64,000 nucleotides of DNA. Origin: Eledone cirrhosa. Taxonomy: Eukaryota. The translations under genes were made by a program, and so were the position numbers. Position 1 is the stretch's first letter, and every line of letters starts with the position of its first letter. Below are positions 54,240-64,000 of the stretch, piece after piece. Where the stretch lies: contig OZ024743.1 of NCBI GenBank assembly GCA_964016885.1, positions 168,020,001 to 168,084,000 on the forward strand. The letters are read 5' to 3'. The notes beneath the pieces are model-generated. The model was given only the letters and a program-made list of their open reading frames with translations. It did not search any database and had not been told where the DNA came from.

Positions 54240-56075
54240 TCCAAAAAACTAACGGCCCATAACCTGCTTGTCCACCACTTATAAACTATTAACCTCTATT
54301 CTCGATGAAAAAGCATACGTGTTTTTGGAGAACAATCTTTTCCCCATTGAACAAAAATGGTGCCGACGAGGTTCATATGGTTGCAAAGATCAACTTTTGA
54401 TTAATCGTATGATCCTTGAGAACTGTCATAATAAACACAGAAATCTCAGTTCTGCATGGATCGATTATAAAAAAAGCCTTTGACAGCATACCACACTCAT
54501 GGATTCTGAAATCACTGGATATCTTCAAAATCTCACCTGTGATCTCAAACTTCCTGAAACACAATATGTAATTATGGAACACAAATCTCCAATTGTCTCA
54601 TTCCACTGGGGTACTGTGCTCTAGGAATATAAACATCAACTGTGGTATATTCCAGGGGGAATCACTTTCACCCTTGCTTTTCTGCATAGCTTTAATACCC
54701 CTTACATCCGAGCTTAATAGAACAGGGTACGGTTATAGAACTGACCTAAAAAAAATAAGCCACCTATTTTATATGGATGATTTGAAGCTATATTGCAAAG
54801 ATAATGACGAACTGGAAGGCCTTTTACGGACAGTAAAAACGTTTAGCGATGACATCTGGATTGAGTTTGGACTTAACAAGTGTGCAAAAACCACTTTCAA
54901 GAAGGGGAAGCTTATCAACTCAGACTCAGTTGAATTGGATGCTGAAACAATCATAAAGGAACTTGAGCAGGAACAAACCTATAAATACTTAGGAATTAAT
55001 GAGGGCTCTGGCATATAGCATGCAAGTATGAAAGAGAGGATAAGGAAAGAATGTTACAGGAGAGTACGTGCAGTTCTGAGATCAGAACTAAACTCTCGTA
55101 ACAAGGTGCTAGCTATAAATTCCTTGGCAGTCCCAGTTGTCACATATAGCTTCGGTGTGTTGAACTGGAATATGAGTGAAATCAAAAGAATCGACACCAA
55201 AGTCCGTAAGCTACTGACCTGTAATAGGATGCACCATCCAAAAGCAGATGTGGATCGTCTTTACCTTCCTAGAACTCAAGGAGGCCGTGGCCTGATCCAA
55301 TTTAAAATTGCTTACAAGACCACCATCATTGGACTGGACAAATACCTTGAAACAACTAACGACTGTATGCTGAAACTTGTTGAAAAGCATGAGAGAAGTA
55401 AGAAGCTTCATTCTATCTTGAAGGAGAGCAAAAAATATGCTACTGATCTCATGCTTGATACCCAGACTGGACAGACTAAAGAAACTGTTGCAACTGATGC
55501 TGCTCGGCACATAAAATCACTGGCAAAAGCAAAAGGACAAGGACAATTAGCATCAAATTGGGAGCAGAAACCTCTGCATGGCAAATATGTGGCCTGTAGC
55601 AAACAAGCTGATGTTTACCAAACGCACACCCATCAGTGGCTACGTAGTTCAGGGCTAAAGGCGGAGAGTGAAGGCTTCATCTTAGCTGCCCAAGATCAAA
55701 GCTTATTGACTCGTAATTACCAGGCCAATGTGATGAGAAACGGAATAAACCCAACGTGCCGTTACAATACCAGTGATTGTGGGCGGGCTGAGAATGATCA
55801 AGAGAGGAACAGAACAATATTTGCGAATGATTCCTGGTTTACCCTCTCTGCACGAGGTGCAAAAAATTGTTTTGACTGGTACTGCACACGTATTGAGAAG
55901 AGTACATACAAATATGCACATGTGTATATATGTATACTGTTTGTTTTTTTAATTATAATCAATGTGCTGTATTAACTGGCTTACCAATGCACACTGTGAC
56001 TTTATTTGCCCTAGGTGTCAGGAAGACACTCGGCATATATCTCAGAAACAATAATGAAAGAAAATAAAAATGATA
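54240..56075 (+). mobile_element. R4/Dong-type element family C, 5'-truncated, REL core deleted
   Basis: RPITCL, WIDYKK, GIFQGESLSP, FYMDD, GGRGL, AAQDQ. The sequence jumps from the first Cys of the CCHC motif (~55760) to TIPVIVG; ends in TAA repeats. Confidence 0.85.
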
Positions 56076-56079
56076 ATAA

Positions 56080-56271
56080 TAATTGTTTCTATTTTTGGCA
56101 CAAGGCCAGCAATTAACCAGTACATTACTGGTACTTTATTTTATCGACCCCGTAAGGATGAATGGCAAAGTTAACCTCGGTGGGATTTGAACTCAGAATG
56201 GCAAGGGCCGTAACTCTATGCCACAAAGCATGGCGTCCGACCCTCTACCGATACTGCCAATCCACCGCCCT
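56080..56271 (-). mobile_element. Full-length SINE in (TAA)n
   Basis: Same family; AATAAT on both sides. Confidence 0.9.
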
Positions 56272-56282
56272 GATAATAATAA

Positions 56283-58690
56283 TGATTTCATTTATTAGCC
56301 ACAAGGGCCGATATGTAGGAGACAATACAAAGACAGGGACAGTGGGGGTTTACAATAAGGTCGAGTAAAAGTGCACAATGGCAAGACTAATTTAACAATG
56401 AAGATATAAAAATATAAAATAAACTATGCATAAATATAACAAAATAAATTCCTCTATAGGGGGTGGATGACCCAGGGGTGACTCAGGTACCCTACCAATC
56501 CTGAACCACCCTGCGCTTCTAGGGCACCCAGGGAGAGCACCCCTCTCCTCAAGTTAGCTAGCCTATAGGCGCATTCTCGCCACGTTCAGCCACCTTTTAG
56601 CAAATGTACTGTGGGGCAGCACTTCTCTCTCCACCCTCAACTTCCTTTCCAGGTGAAACTTGAAGAAGTTGATGAGGGATTGGCCAAAGAGAAAAGTGTC
56701 TGTCTTCAGACCTTTTAATCTGGTCCACCATATAACCTCTTTCGCAACGGCCACCAGACAGAGGAAAATTGCCTGCTCTTCCTGACCTAAGGAAGGCGGC
56801 GGGTCGATCTTCACTATGGACTCGGCCGATAGCCGGATCCGTTCCACACGTGACAGTAGCTGTTTAAATGCACAAGTCAGTAATGCACGGACATAGGACA
56901 AGTGCGTGCAGAACGGTTTCGTCGCTCTGTGCGCATCTTGAGCAGGTGCCAGTCACCCAGTCTCGGTCTCTTCTTGACTCAGGACTGCAGCTCAGTCAAA
57001 GAAACGAGCTGCGGAAAGGCCGGTCTGATAAACGGTGAACACACCTGTTCACCGTTTAGGCAGAATATCTGGAGATGTCGCAGCCTCAGCGCATGTCTGC
57101 GCATCATTAGCCACGGCATTCCCAGCTCTCCGCATAGAGGTTGCTGGCAGCAGATGTACCACCTCACCAACGGAACTTGTCCTTTCCCCAAGAATTGAAT
57201 TTGAAGAGGAGCCGTTCCAACTTGACGAGGCGCGGACGGGGACAAGGCACGACGGTCAGGCGGTAGTAGATGACGGAGGCGATGTACGCATTCGCCACCT
57301 CCGCGCGACCTTTCAGTGATAGCTTCCTCCCGGCCCATTTTTGGGTGAGACTGGTTACTCTGCTCGTTACCCCTTCCCAATGCTTTTCCACCTGAAGGTC
57401 TGGTCCGAACCAAACCTCGAGCAACTTTACCGGTCTCGTCCGTCCAGCGCCCGACGACCCTGTTGGTCCGCATAGGCTTTCCTCTCCAGGTTCTGAGCTG
57501 CAAGCCCACTGACTTTTCCGGTTTAAGTTTGGCTCCTGTCAACCTTTCATATTCCTTCAATAAGGTGCCGACCACCTCGATTTCTGAGGTGTCTGACACC
57601 ATCACGGTGATGTCGTCCGCATAAGCCGACACCGCCTTTCCACGTCCCAGTTCGAGCGGGATGCTCTGCAACAGTTCCAGCTTCCAGATACCGATGGTCG
57701 ACCCTATCGAATCCTTTCGATTGATCTAAATTGATCAGTGCCCCACCGAAGCCAGGTTTACACCCTACCCTCTCTATGATGTATCGCATGAGGTGGAGAT
57801 TGTCATGTATGGACCTGGCTGGGATTGCGCAAGTTTGCGCCTCCCCAACCAAATCCTCGACGACAAGCGCCAATCTCTTTGCTAACACCTTGGCCAAAAT
57901 CTTAAACTCTGTGTTGAGCAGAGTTATGGGCCTGAAATTATCTAATGTGTCTCTCTTGTTCTCGTCTTTCCTTATCAGCGTCACCACTCCCCCGCTCACA
58001 GAACTGGGAATACTCTCATTCTGCTGTCAGTTGCAGTAGAGCGCTTCGAGGAGATCGGAGAACAAGTCTGGTATATTTACGTAAAGCTCGTAGGGCAGGC
58101 CATTCAAACCGGATGACTTGCGACTCATGCAACCGACAAGGGTATCCTGAATTTCGGCTGAATTAATCGGCCTATCGCAGCGCTCAGCGTCGACCGTCAA
58201 GATGCATGGCAAGCCGTCAAGGTAGGGACTGAAATCCGCTACTCTCTCTGACTCGCCACTCTCCCCGAACAACCGAGCGAAATGTTGGCGAAAGGCCTTA
58301 CAAGTCTGCTTGGAATCGCTATCTCGTGTCCGTCTCTGTCAGCCAAAGACCGAATTGTGGTTTTATTACCACGTTGCGCCTCCGCCACGCGGGCCCATCG
58401 AACAGCTTTGGTACCCTCGTTCCTCAGCGCATGCGCCTTAGCTCTGACGATGCAACCTTCGTGTTTCGGATTGAAGAAATGGTCTAATGCCATTCTCGCC
58501 GCTAGCACGTCAGTTGCAATGCCACTACAAATAGCCTCGTCTAACTTATCTACCAGCTCCCCTCCTTTCGATTTTTCTCTAACGCTAGTTCTTTGCTGAA
58601 CTCTATCGAATTTACTCTAATCTCTCTTTAAGAGCCCCCCACCCTCTGTTGTTGATGATCCTCCCTGTCAATTTTTGCTTAACTAACTTG
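56283..58690 (-). mobile_element. L1/Tx1-clade LINE fragment (second subfamily), internally deleted
   Basis: FRPITLLNTEFKILAK, DQSKGFD, AYADD, LSLKGRAEVAN; tail GCCCTTGTGGCTAATAAATGAAATCATTATT. Confidence 0.88.
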
Positions 58691-58699
58691 TTGACAGAG

Positions 58700-59970
58700 C
58701 AGGGTGGCTTCTCTAACCCAGAAATGGGCGGAGAGGAAGCTATCCCTGTAAGGTCGAGCGGAGGTGGCTAACGCGTACATCGCGTCCGTTATCTGCTACC
58801 GCCTGACCGTCGTACCTTGTCCTAAGCCCCGCCTGACTGCGCTGGAGCGTTTGCTCTTTCGCTTTATGTGGAAGGGACGCGCTCCGATGGTCAGGAGGTC
58901 CATCTGTTGTCAACACCCGCTACGTGGAGGGCTGGCCATGCCGTGGCTGATGATGCGCAGACACACGCTCAGGCTACGACATCTCCACCTCTTCCTCGAC
59001 GGTGATCAGGTGTGGTCGCCTTTTGCTAGACACGTATGTCCCAGCTCCTCTCCTTGACGGAGCTGCAGTCCTGGGTCAAGCGAAGACCGAGAGGGAGCGC
59101 TTGGAGACTGGAATGTCTTCAGGCGCTCACAGCCCTCGACCAATCGGGCAATGTGATCGGTGGAAACTCCACCTCGGCGTTCTATAGAGGATTTGTGGAG
59201 AGGAAAAGCGACGACGTACTTAGGGAAATTTTAGGCGTCGACGAAAATCAACTAGCCAATCTCTTCGGAAGAACTTTCGGGCCGGGGCCTATGGACAACT
59301 TACAGAAATCCCTGGCCTGGCAGTGCTACAGAGGATCCTTGCTAGTTCGGGATAAACTCTACAGGCATGGGGGTGCCGTCAGCCGGGCATGTCCGAGATG
59401 CGCGCAAGGCGACGAAACTGTCCTGCACGCACTCGTCCAGTGTCCGAGAATTGCTGACTTGTGGGTTTATGTCGAACACTTGATGTCGCGTGTATGCCGG
59501 ATCCGTCTATCAGCTGAGTCCATCGTGAGGATTGCCGTATCCTCTTCCTTTAGCCGGGAAGGGCAGGTAGCTTTTATCTGTCTGGTGGCCATGGCGAAAG
59601 AGATAGTATGGTGGACACGTTTGAAAGGGGTGAAGACGAGCACTTACCTCTTCGTTGATGCCCTGTTTGACTTTTTCAAATTTCATTTGAAAAGGAAAAT
59701 CAGGGTAGGGAGGGAAGTGCTCTCTTCCCAGCATTTTGTTGAAAGATGGGTGAGAGAAGCAAGAATGGCCCGAGTGAATGGGCCTACTCGGAGTATGTGT
59801 CTGTAAATTAAAGGTGGAAAACTGGGAGAGGGCACTTGCCCTGGTGGTCAGGGTCACTGTGGCCTTTTAATGGGCTTTCTCCACAAATGTCCCTCGGAAG
59901 TCTCACCCCTATTGGGGAATTTTTCATTGTTATTTTTTTGTTACATCCTCTGTTTTTGTTTTTTACACGC
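58700..59970 (+). mobile_element. L1/Tx1-clade LINE 3' fragment
   Basis: ANAYIAS, GGL, CPRC..ETVLHALVQC, WWTRLKG; the 3' UTR is cut short at (TAT)n. Confidence 0.88.
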
Positions 59971-59989
59971 ATTATTATTATTATTATTA

Positions 59990-62900
59990 CATTATTACAG
60001 TTGCATTTATCTTGCTTTATGTTCATACGAGTTATCACCAAGTCACAACCAGTTACCTCAAGAGACAACAAGGTCCGCCATGTTCAAGAAAGAACATACA
60101 TACTCACACATGCATCTTTAGGTGTTTAGACTTGTGATGTACTATAATGACAGAATCTTCCTTAGTATATGGGCAGTTCCCATTAGTACTATCTTTTTTA
60201 TTTCTCCTATACGCGGGTTTCCTGGGATTTGCGATAAGTAATCATTAGACCCCTTAGGTATCATTCCCAGAGGGCCTACAACCACTGGTATTGTTTTAGT
60301 TCTCAATTTCCACATTTTTCCAATTTCTATCTCCAGGTCCTTATACTGGCTCAATTTTTCAAATGTTTTTATAGATACATTCTTGTCTATTGGAACGGAC
60401 ATATCAATTAGCAGACATACCCTCTTTTTAAAGTCCTTCAGTATTATATAAGGTCTATTTGCATCTATTTTTCGGTCTGTTTGGATGCTAAAGTTCCACA
60501 AGATTGAGATGTGATCTTTTTCAAGTATGGGAGGTGGTTGATGCTCCCACCAATTCTTTTGATGGGGCAGGTCAAAATGCTTACACATTATCCAATGTAT
60601 GTATTGTGCAGCTCTGTCATGCCTGTTTAGGTATTCGGTTGGAGCTATAGGACAGTACATTGAAATTATATGGTCAATGGTCTCTGGTTGTTTTTTACAT
60701 ACACGGCATAATGGGCTGCATCCATTTTTTATTATGTTGGCTTGGTAATTTTTTGTTGGCAGATACTGATCTTGTGCTGATATAATCAGTCCTTCAGTCT
60801 CCGATTTCAGTCCAGAGGATGCCAACCACTGATGGGTTAAAGTTTTGTCAACATCAGGATTGTTAGTTCGTTCTGGGTATTTTCCATACAGAGGATTTTC
60901 TTGCTATTTCTTAGCCAGTTTCTGTAACAGTTCTTTCTTTGCTGTTACTTTTACCTGCTTTGCTTTTTCTGTGTTTTTCATTTCAGCAGTAAATGGGACT
61001 TCTGAAATTTGTAGTCCATTACTGTATCTTTGTGCATCTTTTGTAATGGAGTATGATCCTTTGATGCTTTCGTGTTTCAAAACGAGTTTGATCATCCAAT
61101 CATGTGATTCCCTTAGATATGTAGATAATCCAATTGTTGCATTTTTAAACGCAATGTCTAACTGGATTAACCCACGTCCTCCTTCTTTCCTGGGGAGATA
61201 TATTCTATCTATATCTGCCTTAGGGTGCTGCATTCTGTGCATGGCTAAGAATTTTCGAATTTTTGTATCGAGCCTACGGATCTCTGTGCTTGACCAGTTG
61301 ATGACATTGTAACTGTAGGTTTCTACTGGTATGGCAAGCGTGTTTATGGCATCGATCCTATTCCTTGCATTCAATTCCGTTCTTAAGATTGCTCTTACTC
61401 TGCCGTAACATTCCTTCCTTATCCTTTCCCTCATTGTCGAGTGCTTGATTCCGTCTCCTTCACAAACACCTAGATATTTGTAAGTTTCCTCTTGATCAAG
61501 TTCTCTTATCACATTCCCCCGATCAAGTTTAATGTCTGAACTTTTCAGCAGCTTTCCTCTGGTAAACGTTGCTTTGGCGAATTTATCTAGTCCAAACACC
61601 ATTTTAATGTCATCACTGAACTGCTCCCCAGTGGATAATAGCCCTTGCAATTGTTCATCATTTTTTGCAAATAGTTTCAGGTCATCCATGTAGAACAAGT
61701 GATTAATGGTTTTGTCATAGACTTTATATCCATGTTTTGTTTCATTGAGCATTTTACTTAATGGTATAAGTGCGATGCAGAATAAAAGCGGTGATAAAGA
61801 GTCACCCTGAAAAATTCCACAATTAATATTAACTTCTCCAGCTTTCGGTGATTTTGTTTCACTATTCAAAAGGAGTGTCGTTTTCCACGTCTTCATACTG
61901 AATGACAAAAACCTTCTGACAACGGGAGATATTTTGAAAATCTCTAAATATGTTTCAAACCAACTGTGTGGCAAACTATCGAATGCTTTTTTATAATCTA
62001 TCCAAGCAATTTATAGATTTTTGTGTATATTATGACAATCTTCCAGTATCATTTTGTTAACCAAAAGCTGATCGTTACAGCTATATGAGCCTCGTTTACA
62101 CCCTTTCTGCTCAATGGGAAATAGGTCATTTGTTATCAGTTGGTCATATGTATATTCAGTTAGGACTGATGTTAAAATTTTATACATTGTGGTCAAGCAA
62201 GTTATCGGTCTGTAATTTTTGGGATTGTTTGTCTCATCATTCTTCGGAAGCAGGAATGTAATGCCGTTAACTAGCCATGATGGTATCTTTTCTGGCTCCT
62301 TAACTATTTCATTGTAAAGTTGGGCTAACAGCTCACAAGACTCTGTGAAGGCATTTATCCAAAAATTTTGTATTTTATCTTTTCCTGGGGATTTCCATGT
62401 GCTGGTTTTTCTAAGAGCCAAACGCAATTGTTCAACTGTTATATTTTCCCATATTTGTTCCTGAAGGTGAGCTGTATCTTTCATTTGTCTGTCTGTCCAT
62501 GGGGCATGTATATTATGAACTTTTTCTTCGGCCCAGATCTTTTCCCAGAATTCTTGCACTTCCTCCTTGGGTGGTATTGATTTAGCAGTTATTGTTGACT
62601 TACCAATTTTTCTGTAGAAGTTTCTTTGGTTGTTTTTGAACATATTATTGTCCTTATAGAATCTAGATCGTTTTTCAAAGCGCCTTATACGAGCAGCTTT
62701 GGCCGACACTTTTTGCTTGATTATTTCTATCAGCATGTCTATGTCACTTATTGATTTTATACTGTACTTTCTTTTCAATTTTCTAAGTTTAGTTTGTTTA
62801 ACATGTTCACCTACTTTATAGTTTGTTAAAATTTCTATGTCAGATCGGAGAAGGTTTATTTGGCGATTGATGTTCTCTTGCCAAGTAGATTTCTTGTGGG

Positions 62901-63960
62901 AATTCCTTTGTTTTTTCATCTTCACTCCACATAAGTGAGTGGTGACTTTAGCAGATGCATAATAGAGATGATTTAAATCAGTAATGTTTAGTTTGTTTGT
63001 GATGATAATGTTTTTGAGAATTATGTTAGTCTTGTGTATTATCTTTTGGTTCTGTTTGGAGTTCTGGATCTTAGGGAGGGTGTCTCGTTGCCCCATGCCA
63101 GATTTTTTCATTTTCATCCATTCGATCATAATTTCATCCTTCAAGTTGGCAAGTTCATTCTCATTCATTTCTTTATCATTTACGATCTCATTATTTTCAT
63201 TTTGAGTTTCATCTTGAGCATGCACTCCCTCCACTTTTTCGATCCTTTCTTTAATTTGTTCTGTTGTCAGTGATTCCGCCCCAACCCTGGGATTCGAAGT
63301 GTTACAATTTACCTCGTTTTCACTGACACATGTTTCATTTTCCCTTCGCTGACTTTGTGCTAATAGCTTGATCTGATCAATTTCTATATCAGTTAGTAAC
63401 TTTTTTTAACAATATTTCTTCGTATATTGGCTAGTTTGTTACTGTCAATATAGCCTCTGTTTTCGGGATGTTTCTTTTTCCAGTTAATATATGTCTGTTC
63501 TGTATTCGATGTATTTGATGGGTAGTACATGGCAGTGTAGAAAGCCTCAAGGACTTCTTTATTATCTTCCCTTGACCATTTTTCTCTCTTTTTCTTTGGA
63601 TTTCTTGGTGGTGAGCATGGAGGGCCAACAGTAGGAGTATTCCGGTTATGGGAGGTCTCCAGCTCCGAAGTGATGGGAAGGTTTGAACCATTAGCTGATT
63701 TTTCGACCCCAGTCTGGTTTCACCCTGAGGGACGCGGCCCTTTTTGACCCGGGTGATGGCCGTTCCGGTATGAAATTTTATCATTAGACATTTACTTTAT
63801 TTTGTCGCGTTTTATCCCTATCCGCCAAGGGGTAATCATTTCGTGTTACCACTTCTTGGACGAGTGTCAACCAAGACTAGAGGGGTCGTCCTCCCCTAGA
63901 AACACGGCTATTCCCCGCCGGCCGCCATCCCGGTATTTCTTGGTCACGGGGTTTTCTTTT
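59990..63960 (-). mobile_element. R4/Dong-type element family B, near full-length, few disruptions
   Basis: ORFs 62011-63234, 60904-61974 (GIFQGDSLSP, FYMDD) and 60142-60825 (CRVC...ETIDHII..C, RHD, REL); GC-rich 5' UTR to ~63960. Confidence 0.92.
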
Positions 63961-64000
63961 TTGTTGTTTTTTTAAATTGTTATTATCATGAGTGGTTCCT

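Overview
Eukaryotic, AT-rich, repeat-saturated DNA with no recognisable host gene. The repeat content, especially the tRNA-derived SINE, looks like a cephalopod/octopus-type genome; that assignment is inference. The left ~24.7 kb is a mosaic of 5'-truncated Penelope-like elements (PLEs; RT and GIY-YIG fragments) and their pseudo-LTRs, mostly bounded by (TA)n. They often carry inverted copies of their 3' ends. Reading both strands by eye gives about a dozen type I hammerhead ribozyme (HHR) motifs. These include a 436-bp tandem repeat with an identical minimal HHR at each unit junction (retrozyme / newt satellite-2-like), several HHRs with very long (~55-115 nt) stem-II domains, and a 364-bp palindrome with two back-to-back HHRs. 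A decayed hAT transposase and a decayed RTE LINE lie in the middle. The right ~35 kb is a nested pile-up of L1/Tx1-clade LINEs, R4/Dong-type REL-endonuclease LINEs and SINEs at (TAA/TTA)n microsatellites. SINE and Tx1 are sense on the TTA strand, Dong on the TAA strand. The SINE shares its 3' terminus with the Tx1-like LINE. All TE ORFs are disrupted. Coordinates were read manually and element ends are approximate.
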